This document shows, in pieces, positions 13,548 through 25,822 of a stretch of DNA of 64,000 nucleotides. Under the pieces are notes generated by a model that made no database searches, had not been told where the DNA came from, and saw only the letters and a program-made list of their open reading frames with translations. Source of the DNA: Podarcis vaucheri (Eukaryota); assembly GCA_965113315.1 (NCBI GenBank), contig OZ220365.1, one strand, 5' to 3'. The position numbers were made by a program, and so were the translations under genes. Within the stretch, counting starts at the first letter, position 1; each line of letters starts with the position of its first letter.

Positions 13548-15145
13548 CTGCATTTAAAAAAGAAAAGGGGGGATTAATCCACCTCTTGCTTCCTACATGC
13601 CATGTACTGTACCATGTACAGCAAATCCATCCTTACAATGCTTTTGTTGGAATGCAGCATTGCAGCACAAGTCTCTTGCATAATGTGAACCTTCTTCTTG
13701 TATTTCCACAGTGGGACTCCAGTGGTACCTGCAAACACACTTCCTGAGGATGGAGGTTATTTCTGGAGACCTAGGAAGAGGCGTCAACTCCATGTTTTCC
13801 CAGGATCTAAGTCAGCCATCACAAAGCAATGAGGTGGGAGCCACATTCTACCTGCATGAGGAGCCCCACCTCCTAAAGCTTTCTTTAGGCATGACATGTG
13901 TGAGCGGGGTCCATGCAATGACCAGGGAATAACTGCCCTGGCCGTGCTACCCCATGCCGACTACTGCATGAGTACACAATGAGTACAGATATCTGAAAAA
14001 CAACAACTGCACATGACACTGGGGGCTTGTTTTCAGATAGCTGTGCTCAATGCACAGGGTGGGACTAGCCCATCTGTGCAACACGGGAGCAAGGCAAACT
14101 TCAGGGGTCTACTTCCCGATCATCAGATGGAACCCCATCAAGAGTGTAACATGTGATGTGGGCTCTAGTGATCGTTATAGTAATTGCTACCTGGAAGCAC
14201 ACTTCCTGGAGTGGTTTGCTGCAAACCTCAGTAAGGACAGCAACAGGAACACCAGGAAGCTGGGGAGGTGTTTTTAATTCATGCCGACCTCACAGGATCT
14301 CTCTTGTCTGTCCCCACCACCAAAAGGTGAGTAAATAGTTTGTATTGCATTGTTACAATATTCCAAGAGCTGCCTCAGAGATCATTTTATTGAAAGACAC
14401 GGCATAAATATTTATACTAACCATCAGTGTATCAGAATTCAAAGATGTGTTTCTCAGGGCAGAAGCACTGTTACTTTTGTACACTTTAGTCGTCATGAAG
14501 TATGATTCAAATATAAAGTCAAAAAGTGATATACTTCATTTCTGAGACCAGGATATACAGAAAAGCTGTACCCATATCTTATTTCTACTTATGGCAACTC
14601 AAGGCCCTGCTACTCAGGGGAGAGGTGGCAGAATGAATAAATATTCTTCTAGACTTCTAATATAAATCTAGAGGCTGGGGTGCAAGGATTTAGAAAGAAT
14701 TTATTCCTAATTCCCAGTGGCCTCATTCCCATGCACTAATTGAATTCTAATTCCTACAGACCTGTAACAACAGGCTTTTAATGCTTAACTTGTATTGACT
14801 TTGAAATGCTACTCTTAAATTGCCTTCTGTGTATTGTGCAAAGTATCTTCAGCAAATCTGTCAGTGTCGGCAAGAAGAAGTAAGGTCAAAACCAGAGTGC
14901 TCTCATTAGAGATATCAATTATTTAATGGAATGGGAGGCCTGATTGTTATCATGATTTACATCATCATGATTGATATAATTCCATTCTTTCTGCTCTCTC
15001 AATAAACCTACCCCATATTTACCGTGAGGCCATCACCCACAAACCACTCATGGACTGACATTCTTTATCTATTTATTTTAATTGTTTTGTTTATATATTT
15101 ATAAAGTGCACTTTCATTAAAAGTATATGTAACAAGGTGGTGTAC

Positions 15146-16974
15146 TGTCAGGGAAGAGTTAGAGTTAGAAGATTCCAGTTTCCCAGAGGGAGAAAGCATT
15201 CCCCAAGGGGGGGAGGAGAGCAGTGAATTGAAGAAAAGAGAGCAACAGGTAGGGCAGTGTTTCCCAACCACTGTTCCGCGGCACACTAGTGTGCCGCGAG
15301 ATGTTGCCTGGTGTGCCACGGGAAAAATTAAAAAATTCTAAAGATTTTTTTAAAAAAAAGTCAAATTTTCGATTGGGGCGCCGTCACTAGATGACCCCTG
15401 GGGTTCCCTCCCTCCCTCCCGCTCTGCGCCTCCCTCCTCCTCCTCCTCCGGGGAGGCCCTTCCTGGCTCTCGGCCAAGGCTTGGTGGCTGCCACTCACTC
15501 ACTCGCTCGCCCACCCGTCCCTCCATCCCTGCACCCGGCCTCTCCCCCTCCGTCCCCGGCGCGGGGGCTGCCGGGATCCGTAGTCCCCTCGCCCTTGGGC
15601 TCCGCGCCCGCGCGGGGTGCGCAAACTACGTTTCCCAGCGTGGCCTGGCGGGCCGGGCGTTTTGTTTGAAGCGCTCTTCTCCCGGCCATGGAATGAGCGC
15701 CGCGGCGGCGGGCGGGCGGGCAGGGGCTCTTCCGCGCAGACCCCGCGCAGCCTGCCTGCGCCCCCGCGGAGATCGGGCGGCAGGATGGAGCCCGGGGATC
15801 CCCGCGGAGGCGGAGCAGCAGAGGCGGAGGCTGCCCCCCAGGTAGGGCTGCGTCGTGGTTTTTTTTATTTTTGCAATGCTGCATCCGCGCCGGAGGGGAC
15901 ACATCGGACGTGCAAGGCAATGCATGCGTGCAGGCGTTGCATGGAGTGCAGTGCAATGCAATGGTAACGCGGTGCCCTGCATGCATTCAACTTCCACCGG
16001 CGCTCCGGACTTGGCAGGTGAGGGGGTCCCCAGTGGGCGGCAGAGAGAGCCGGGAGGGCGAAGGGGAGCCGGGGGGGAGCAGCGCTGCTCCCCGAACCGA
16101 GCCCGGGGGGAAACTTCGGCGTCGTTGCGCCGGGTGTTGGAAGCGGAGGCTGGCGGAGGCCCCTCACCTGCAAAACCTGGTCGCCTCTCATATATTTCGT
16201 GCATTGCATTCATCGCCCGCTTTCTCCTCCAAGGAGCTCCTGGGGGTGCACGTGGTTCTCCCTGTGTTATCCTCGCAACAACAGCCCTGCGAGGTGGGTC
16301 AGGCGAGTGGCCCAAGGGAGCACCCAGGGATTGTCCTGGCCAGGTGGGGTGATTTGAACCCTGCTCTCTGCCCGGTCTTCGTCCTCATTTAGCCCCCACA
16401 TGTGCATGACTGTGCATGACTGAGGTTTTCCCTCCTCGTCTTGGCTATGGTGTGAGTCTGTCCTGTTAATTAATGGGGTTCTGCCTTTGGAGAAGATGAG
16501 CCAGCCCTCAAGGAGGTGATTATGTAATTTGCTAGCAATTCATGTCCCTCCCGGCGTGACGCTGCGCGCTGACGTCACGGGGCTGTAATGGTGGTGTGCC
16601 TCGAGATTTTTTTCATGAAACAAGTGTGCCTTTGCCCAAAAAAGGTTGGGAAACACTGAGGTAGGGACCGGCTGTTCCCAGGAAAGGCAAGGGTTAAGTT
16701 CTAGCTCAGATTCGGAGGAGGGGAGATACAAGCCAGCTCTAGCCAGGAGGGTAGGAAAAAGAGTGGGGAAAGCGAAGGGAAGGGCGCCTTCGCCATTTTG
16801 AGAGTGGCTGGTCACGGAGAAGCAGAGCTCAGAAGGTAGCTGAAAGAAGTGACTCTGAGGAATAATATTTAAGAACCGTTTATAAGATTGTTTTGTTAAT
16901 ACGCAATAAAAAGTTATAAAAGAACAAGAAGCATTTGTGTGGTGATCTGAAGAGGACAACGGCCAGTCCTGACA
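15146..16974 (+). mobile_element. Solo LTR (~417 bp once the hAT is removed), interrupted by the hAT insertion
   Basis: Ends TGTCAGG...CCTGACA; 5-bp TSD TGTAC at 15141-45 and 16975-79; AATAAA near 16905. Confidence 0.8.
15255..16658. mobile_element. Non-autonomous hAT (Charlie/Buster-like) element with ~1.2 kb GC-rich cargo
   Basis: TIRs CAGTGTTTCCCAACC / GGTTGGGAAACACTG; perfect 8-bp TSD AGGTAGGG. Confidence 0.92.
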
Positions 16975-18812
16975 TGTACAATATAAACACACATTACTTC
17001 AATAATAGCAGGAAAAACATCAATAACGTATCAGTGAAAACAGGCTGGTTAAAAAAAAAAATCACATTCCAAAGCCCTGTCTGAAAAACACACATTTTAA
17101 AATAAACGCCCTACTTATCCCTTTTCTATCCTTAGCAATATAAAAGAAAATGCAAAAGAAAAAGTCTGAAAACTGAAAAATGTTTATATGTGGATAGTGA
17201 GCCACATCAGCAGAACTGAACTTTTGTAATTGCTGCACAATTTCCTCAGTTGTCAATGGCCTATCACAGTCATTTGGAGAGACCATTCAGCCATTTCCTT
17301 CTCTGTTGGCTGTTCTCTTCTCTCTAGGAATCAATTCTATTACTTTAACCCTACCCTTTTCAAGTAGGGTTTATATGCATTTCCTCCTCCGGCTCCCGCC
17401 CTAAGTTGCAGAAGGGAGTGGTAATCTTGATTTGGCAGTGAGGAAGGAAACCTTTTATTCCAACAATCCCAATGAAAATTGCTTCTTTACAACATGTGGA
17501 TGGAGAAACAGGGAATGCCAACTTTCTTATTGCATGTTAGACTTCTGGAAGCAGTGTTGCCTTCCATTTCCAGTTTAAAGTAGAACATCAATGATTGGCT
17601 GCTGCTAAACTGCCCATGTCTGGAAGCACCCACCATCACTGTATTTGTATTTGAAGCCTCCATTTGATATTTGCAATTAATATTGCAAAAAAGATTGCAA
17701 GCATCAAAAAGGTTTGTGGATTATCAGTGGAGTGCACATAATTAAACTAATCAGTGATTAAAAGCCGGGTGGGATTTTCCTTTCCTGTGTCAGGTAAGAT
17801 TAGATCATATCTTTGGCAGCATCAATCTTTAATTATTACATCTGCCTGTAATTTCAAATAAATCAGAAGGGCTGAAATATTGCACAGTTAAATTATGACC
17901 CACAAACTGTTCTAAATGTCGTTTATGTTGGTTTTGTTCTACTGAATTGCGGCTTACTGTTGCCAAGGGAATCAAAATGTTTGGTTCAGCCCCTAAATTA
18001 AAACATACGGCTCCACAAAGAGTTCTTCATATCCGGAGGCAATACTGAGGGCTCTTGTTGCTGTTTTGGGACCTGCCTGCAACAGCAGTTTCCCTTTAAG
18101 CTCCCACCAGTGATGGAAAGCCTTTCCCCCCAGGTACACACTCTGGGAAGTGAGTTGGGAAACCTGGAAAATCCACCTTTGTTAAAACATTTATTACAAA
18201 TGAGGAAAGGAATGCCTTTTTTCCAGCACAGAATACAAGGCGGTATCCTTTCTGGCAAAATGAACAAACACTACAGTCCTTAACCACCGTTGAGTCTCTT
18301 ATGGTGCCACTGGGTTGCCTGGGTGTCCCTGCGAGTAGACAATCTCAAGCTGCTCCTTGGCTCTGTGGGCTGCTGAATCCCCTTGCACCATTCTGCTCCC
18401 ACATCACTGTTTCCTTTCGCCTCTATCCTCCACAGAACGTGATTACAGTCTCCCCTCATCAGGCGAATTTTGCAAAGACACTCTTCTTCCTTACTAGCCC
18501 ATCTCCTTCTTTCTCTCAACTAACTGCCCCAACTGACACTTTCCCAATGTTCTAATTCCTGTGGTGACAGTTGCCAAAACTGCCCAGAGTTACGCTTTTA
18601 CTTTTAAAATACGTCAAAACAGAAACACTAAACAAACATCTCGTTACTAAGGTACACGGATGTACACCTGTCCTCTGCAAATCTATCAATTTCTGTTCTC
18701 ATTTTTCCAGTCTTAAACTCAGTTCTCCAAATTTGCACAACCTGCCATTTTTTATTTTAAAAAATCCTAATGAAAAATCATCAGTATTTCAGTGAAAAGT
18801 CTCATCCTCATC

Positions 18813-20022
18813 TTTTTATTATTTCTACCCCGTCCATCTGGCTGGGTTTTCCCAGCCACTCTGGGCAGCTTACAGCACATAAAAATTGTAAAACATTAGA
18901 CACTAAAAATTTCCTGATACAGATGTCTTCTAAAAGTCAGATAGTTTTTTATTCCCTTGACATCTGATGAGAGGGTGTTCCACAGGGTGGATGCCACTAC
19001 TGAGAAGGCCCTCTGCCTGCTTCCCTGTGACCTCATTTCTCACAGTGAGGGAACCACCAGAAAGCCCTCAGAACTGGCCCTCAGTGTCTGGGCTGAATGG
19101 TGCAGGTGGAGACGCTCCTTCAGGTATACTGGGCCGAGGCCGTTTAGGGCTGGTAAAGGTCAGCACCAACACTTTGAATTGTGCTTGAAAACGCACTGGG
19201 AGTCAATGTAGGTATTTCAGGACTGTTGTCATATGGTCTCGGTGGCCACTCCCAGTCACCAGTTTAGCTGCCACATTCCGGATTAGTTGTAGTTTCTGAG
19301 TCACCTTCAAAGGTAGCATATTGCAGTAGTCCAAGTGGTAGATAACCAGAGCATGCACCACTTTGGCGAGACAGTCTGCGGGCAGGTAGGGTCTCAGCCT
19401 ATGTACCAGATGGGAGTTGGCAGACAGCTGCCCTGGACACAAAATTGACCTGCAACTCCATGGACAGCTGTGAGTTCAAAATGACTCCCAGGCTGTGCAC
19501 CTGGTCCTTCAGGGGCACAATTGCCCCATTCAGGACTAGGGAGTCCCCCACACCTACCCATCCCCTGTCCCCCCAAAACAGTACTTCTGTCTTGTCAGGA
19601 TTCAACCTCAATCCGTTAGCCGCCATCCATCCTCCAACTGCATCCAGACACTCACACAGGATCTTCACCACCTTCACTGGTTCCAATTTAAAGGAGAGGT
19701 AAAGCTGGGTATCATCCGCATACCCAGCCCAAACCCTGATGATCTCTCCCAGCAGCTTCATATAGATGTTAAAAAGCATGGGGGAGAGGACGGAACCCTG
19801 AGGCACCCTACAAGTGAGAGCCATGGGGTCTGAACACACATCCCCCAGCACCTCTTTCTGGACACGGCACAGGAGCAACCACTGTATAACAGGGGCCCCA
19901 GCTTTTACCTCTAGACAGTCCAGATGGTCACGCTGGCCGATGATCTCCAGCAGGCTAGGGACAAAGCTGAAAGCTGTTTCCTAGTTCTACTGGATCTCTC
20001 AATGGCCTTTGACACCATCCAC
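18813..20022 (-). mobile_element. 5'-truncated, degenerate L2-clade LINE with an inverted 5' segment
   Basis: RT motifs VPQGSVLSPMLFNIY, YADDTQLY, LNPDKTEV on minus; LVLLDLSMAFDTI on plus at 19925-20022; AATAA-type tail at 18813. Confidence 0.88.
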
Positions 20023-20169
20023 CTCTCCTCATCAATGCCCCCCCCTTCCTCTGACTACCTGGTGATGGGGTCCTCCCTCATGGCCAAGAGAGCAAAGCAT
20101 TCAAGGGATAGTGCAGGGGTGGGCAAGGTTTACCTTGCCTGGGCCAGTTCACTCCAGCAGAGATCCCTC

Positions 20170-20393
20170 CATAGGCTGGATCACACAAACGCATGCACAC
20201 ATGATTTTCGGTGTCTGTGCATGCACAGATGCGATTTCTGGCACCGCGGAAGCGAGTCGCCGCGCCACGCTGGTTTAGCACAGCGCATGGGGACTTGCCG
20301 AGTGGGTGGCTCAGTTCGGGGGTGGCTTGTGAGCCAGTTAAACGACCCTCGTGGGCCACTTGTGACTCCTGGGCCTTAGGTTGCTGACCCCTG
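20170..20393. mobile_element. Partial hAT MITE (related partial copy at ~42416-42575)
   Basis: Ends GGTTGCTGACCCCTG; shares GCGCTAAACC and GAGTCCCCA-like motifs with the 42416 copy. Confidence 0.6.
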
Positions 20394-23260
20394 GGCTAGT
20401 GCCTGAAGTGGTTCCACTAGGAGATTCTTTCTAAGATCTGTTAAAAGTCATTTCCAATACTAACTAAAAGCTTCCTGTTCAGCCCATTTTAGTGCTTCCC
20501 TTAAATTTCCTTATTAGTCAGCTTTTGTTCTCAGTGATGGTAGGCAATTGTTTTTTCTTCCCCTACCATAGAGAAATAATGCAATAACAGAAAGAAAAGA
20601 GAAGCAAAAATATGGGAAACTATCAGTGCACTAGCCTCTCTCCCTAAAGGGGACAAAACCTAACTAAAGAAAAGCCAATTCTGTACTGACCACGCTCACT
20701 AGGAAAGCCATAAAGCATGTTGGACCTGCCAACAAAAACCTGTGTTCTTAAAGTTGAATGGCAACTCCCACATACACCATCAATGCATTTTAATGTCAAC
20801 TTTTTATATTTCAAAAGTGGTTTGTTATATTTATTCTGTCCAATGTTGTGCTTATCTCTAGTTATTTTCTATCATTCAGGTTCTACAGGGGGGGAAATAA
20901 GCCTTCTCTATCTGTCTCACACATGCAAAAGGCTGCTACATAGGAGCAAAACAGTATCTCAGACCCAAACAGGTGAGTGGCAATAAGAACAATTTACTGT
21001 TCTACATGCAAGAACAGGGATACAGGCTCCTGCTGAACAAAAAATTGATCCCCAGGTCAGTATCAATATCCATGCCAAAATGTTCTTAATCTTCACACAT
21101 AGTTAAACCCGAGTCTGGAATAAGAGTCTCCAGTTTTGTTTAGTCCCAGGCCTTCGCATAAATCTGTCCTCAACTTGATTCTTTAAACACTGTAGAACAA
21201 ACTGCATCATAATCTATCAAAATTAAAATTCAAGTAAAAAATCCTAACATCATCATGCAAAAAGATAAGCAGTCTTAGATTTTTTTTAAAGCAACATTGT
21301 AAGAAGCTAAGAGCTTAAGAACTTGTCAAGCAGGCCAATTTTGAGGCTTTGTTTTTTAAGCTTTAATGAGTAATCTTGATCATCAAGTGAAAAATAATAT
21401 TGTTCCCAAGTGAGTTTTCCCATGTCCTCATTTTTCTACTTAATAACAATGAAATCTTACCGAACATAATCAAAATTTCATCCAAAATGACCCGAAGACA
21501 TGCTTAAGAAAATGTTTATTTTCCCCAGAAACTTTGCTAATAGTTGGCTGCTGAAATACACACACACACACAGACACTTTATTAATCTTTTTCAACTTCC
21601 ATGTCTGGCCTTTGACACCAGAATTGTGTATTGCAGGACCCACCCTATTCATGTGATTGCAATTTGTTTTAACTGTTTTAAAACTGAATTTTAAATTGAA
21701 ACCTGCCCTATGAACTGCTGTTGAAGGGCAGGAATAATAATAGTAATAATGCATATGGAGGCATTAGCACAACCCTTTTTTGTTATTTATTTGTTTAAAA
21801 AATATTTATATGCTGCTTTTTCAAGCAAAGCCCATCCAAAGCAGCTTGCAACCATTAAAACTACAAGTATATAAAACAAAAAAAACCCCAGATTAACATG
21901 ACTTTTAAAATGTATTTTATTCTGAGTTTATTAAAACTAGAATTTTTTACAATCAAAGCCTTTTCACTGCTCTGGGAAAAGTGGAATAAAATTGTTCCCC
22001 CATTCCAGACTGTTAGCAAAATGGTACATTGTGCAAACAAAGTACAGAGAGTCATGACAGTGGGTCAAGGTAGGGTGTTACTGAATTTGTAAGTAGTATT
22101 TGGACTGCCACACAGAAATATCACTCCTATATTTCTTCAGGAGAAATGGTGCTTACATTATCAGGAAACTAAGCATATTCAGCAACACTATTAGATTTTA
22201 TCCTATTCTATCTTAAGTGTTGGGAAGATTAATCCTCTGCTATTGTTTTGTACTATTGGTTCTTCTTTTGATCAACAAGGAAAACGGAATGCAAAGGTTT
22301 ACATTCATCCACTGCATGAAAGTATTTCTGGAGATGTATTAGCTCAGAATTATGCTTCAACTTTTCCAGGACTAACCCTGGAAACTAGCAATATCTGATG
22401 AGTCACTTGGCAAAACAGAGCTTTAAGGGAAACTTAATGGCATGTTTATGTTATAATATAAGATTCATAGACTCTCAAACCCTGTCCTTGCTGTGCTGCT
22501 ATTTAACAGCTTAGCATTCATCAGTGTTTTCTAGCTTGGCATATAAAATTGGCTCCTTTATATTGTTAAGCAAGCAGGACTCAGTTGCTGGCATGGACAT
22601 TTTTCCAGTGTTTATATATGATCACAGCTTGTCTGAGCTTGAAAGCTATTTGCATAGTCTCTATCTGTTTAGTAACTTTTGGCTGGGATTTCTTTCCCCC
22701 CAACTCCCTTACTCTCAGAATCAAGATTTCTCCCTACACTCAATTAAGCAGCAATTATATCACTTCTGAGTCTTTGAAGACGGATGCAAGTCATCACCTT
22801 AACACTTTACTATCACTTTAGAAAAACTTTTAAAATTTAGAGAATCTCTTGCATAACTTTTTTATGCCAATATATTTGCAACAGCAACTCTTCATGGCTG
22901 CTAAACAAAACTGCCTTGCCCTTTTTAAGATCACAAATTATAAGTTTCTCCTACCTCTGGGTACTATCGCATAATTATATTCTTGTTATTTGGCAATGAA
23001 TGTACAACGTTGAGATTTAAGAGGCAAGAGGTGAAAATGTTCCAAAATAAAAACGAATTGAGCCATCAACAATATATATAGCCAAGTGCCAGTTTCACCC
23101 CTTAGGACTGAATTAAAGAGGCTACATCTAGACCTTTTTCATACATTACACAGCAACAGCCCCAGGGTTGCCAGTGAGTGTGCAGTACTCAACACATAGC
23201 TGGGATTGTCTTTGGCTCCAAGCATATTGCAGGATTTCTAAGTGCTTCTTTGTTGCAATA

Positions 23261-23502
23261 CAGTGGTACCTCAGGTTAAGTACTTAATTCGTTCCAGAGG
23301 TCAGTACTTAACCTGAAACTGTTCTTAACCTGAAGCACCACTTTAGCTAATGGGGCCTCCTGCTGCTGCCGCACCGCCGGAGAACGATTTCTGTTCTCAT
23401 CCTGAAGAAAAGTTCTTAACCTGAAGCACTATTTCTGGGTTAGCAGAGTCTGTAACCTGAAGCGTATGTAACCTGAAGCATATGTAACCCAAGGTACCTC
23501 TG
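23261..23502. mobile_element. Tc1/mariner-type MITE (CAGTGGTACCTC TIR; TAACCTGAAG repeats)
   Basis: TA TSD; homologous to copies at 36142 and 40293. Confidence 0.85.
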
Positions 23503-25624
23503 TAATACTTTACATTTCTTGGTGCACACCTAAAATGCATCTTATATGAATGAGATTTTTGTTAAATCCTACTTTCTTATTCATCAGATGAAAAAGATAT
23601 GAACCGTTGCAAGGTTTTTTAAATTTCTGCCAAGTACAATCTTGCCAAGCTGTAGCATCCTTGGCTTTTTCATTTTGAATCTCTATTACAAAGCAGCCAC
23701 CAATAATGTAAGGCTGCCAACCTCTGTCATGAGAACTGTTCTCATAAACTGCACAAGCAGGCCACGCCAGCATAGGCTTGCATTCTGTTGGCCTCGCTAT
23801 GAGAGTAACACTACCAAAGTCTTTCCTTTATGATCCTTGAGACCTAGTAATTGATTCAGTTAAATAGAAGCCCCAAACATGTATTCCTTATCATTAATAA
23901 TAAATTGTCCAGAGCCTGCAGCTTTTACAAAGCATAAACCAAACACTGTCTTGAATTTCAAAGCAAAATATGTCAACCTTTTTATAAAAATAAAAGAAAA
24001 TCACTGAAAATAAAGAAGCCAGGTAGCTCCCAAATGCCCAGCAGCTGTTACTGTTACATGTCAATTTAGACTTTACATTATTAGTATAAACTACAGATTC
24101 TGGTAAAACAACATCTGACGCACACACAGGAAGCGCTCATCATTTCACATACCGTAGTATGTATTCTGTAAAGGTAAGATCTTTTATGTCAGCATTTCAG
24201 ATGTAATATTAGTTTTGAAAGCATGATGAGCAATTCATGTATCTGCAAAAACTTTCATTACCAATGTAAAGTCTGAATGTTCAAAATTAAGTCTTAAGGC
24301 GTTCATTACTGGTAATAGCTCTTGACTTCTGCATATATTTAAAATCAGGTATACATATTAATGTGATTTATTTAAGGATGAGGCATGCACATAGCATTGT
24401 GTTTGCAATGCATTTAAAAGATGATGGTGGTGGTTTTTCAGATTAACACACTAATGTTGTCAAAATTAGCTACCAAGAAAAAAGAGATGACATGAAAGAG
24501 TCAAAAATCTTAGATATGTGCTGCTGAGAAGATTGCTATAAGAGAACCAGAGTGGTACAGGTTAGCAAAAGTGTTTCATGTGAGCCAGAGAAACCTGAGT
24601 CCAAATATCCACTATGTCATGAAACTCAGTAGGTAACTTTGGGCCTGTAATCATGTTGTTTATGTGGTAAAGTTTATGATAATAATGCTATATCATTTCC
24701 AGCAAGGTAAGGGTTAACTGAAAACAAAGTGATTACCAAAGACAGACTAGCAGGCAGCAGACTGTCATTGTAGTCTATTATCATCAAGAAGATGGCTATG
24801 TTTGAGGAGGCTGCTGACTTCATATTCAGAATCAAATGCATCAAAAGGGTGGTCAGTTGTAATTGGTCAGTTAATGGGCATTCTACCTCATCTTATTGGC
24901 TCATAATTATAGACCAATAAGGGGATCAAAAATCACCCAAATGATTATTAATAAAAAGCCTGGTGTAAATAAAAAGCCTGGTTTGATACTGGCCAAGGAG
25001 AGAAGCTCTTGTCAGCTGAAGTAGAATGATTAAGGACTTAGGAAGAGGCTTCATAAGTCTGAAGAGTGCTAGGAATCGCAGCAGAGGTTGCATCTTAAGG
25101 GGAGCTGAAGATCTAGCCTAGCAGCTGATATTATGGGGCAAATTGCTGAAGGAGTTCTGCTAAGAAGGGAACAGGGTCTGTGCCAACGCTGAGCAACAAA
25201 GCTGATTGGTAAGTATCGTGCATAGTTTCGTTTGTGTATGATGAGGTTAGTTGCTTTTTAGATGAGCTAAAATCAAAAGTTTAGCTGAAGATCTAAACGC
25301 TTGTTGGAGAGATACTACAGAGTCTGATATGGAGGAAGAACACAATTCAGTCTCTTTTCTAGAGAAGAAAGGCTTAGTAGTAATGGTTTCTGTCCTTGTG
25401 GTTTTCTCACCCTACACCTACAAGCCAAACCATATTCTACCAGAGAACCAGGGAAATTGAAGCTGTTTGAGGGAGGTGACCAGGAAAACTAAAGAAAAAA
25501 AATCATTGTAAGAAAACCTCTCAGAGGTTTACAAAAAAATAAAAACTTGACTTGCCATTCAGGATGAGAAGGCCTCAGTTCAAAATTATTTAAACAGTTC
25601 ACTTCTAAAGTGAACATGTCATAA

Positions 25625-25822
25625 TTTATTTACTTATTTATTTATTGCACTTACATCCCACCTACTTCTCCAAGGAGTTCAATGTGTTATGCACGGTTCT
25701 CTCCCTCATTTAATCCCCACAACAACCCTGTGAGGTAGCTTAGGTTGAGAGACAGTGACTGGCCCAAAGTCACCCAGTGAGAGTCATGGTCAAGCGGGGA
25801 CTTGAACCCCGGTCTCCCAGGT
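25625..25822 (-). mobile_element. Older CORE-type SINE (related fragment at ~36895-37050)
   Basis: CACAACAACCCTGTGAGGTAG...GACTGGCCCAAAGTCACCCAG...GACTTGAACCC. Confidence 0.7.

Noticed and set aside
15391-16392. Long overlapping ORFs (up to 229 aa) on both strands
   Set aside because: By-product of high GC in the hAT cargo; no transposase or other domain recognisable
24646-25533. LTR-like segment TGTAA...TTACA (also ~44660-44957)
   Set aside because: No matching TSD and no second copy in the window; cannot be supported without a repeat search
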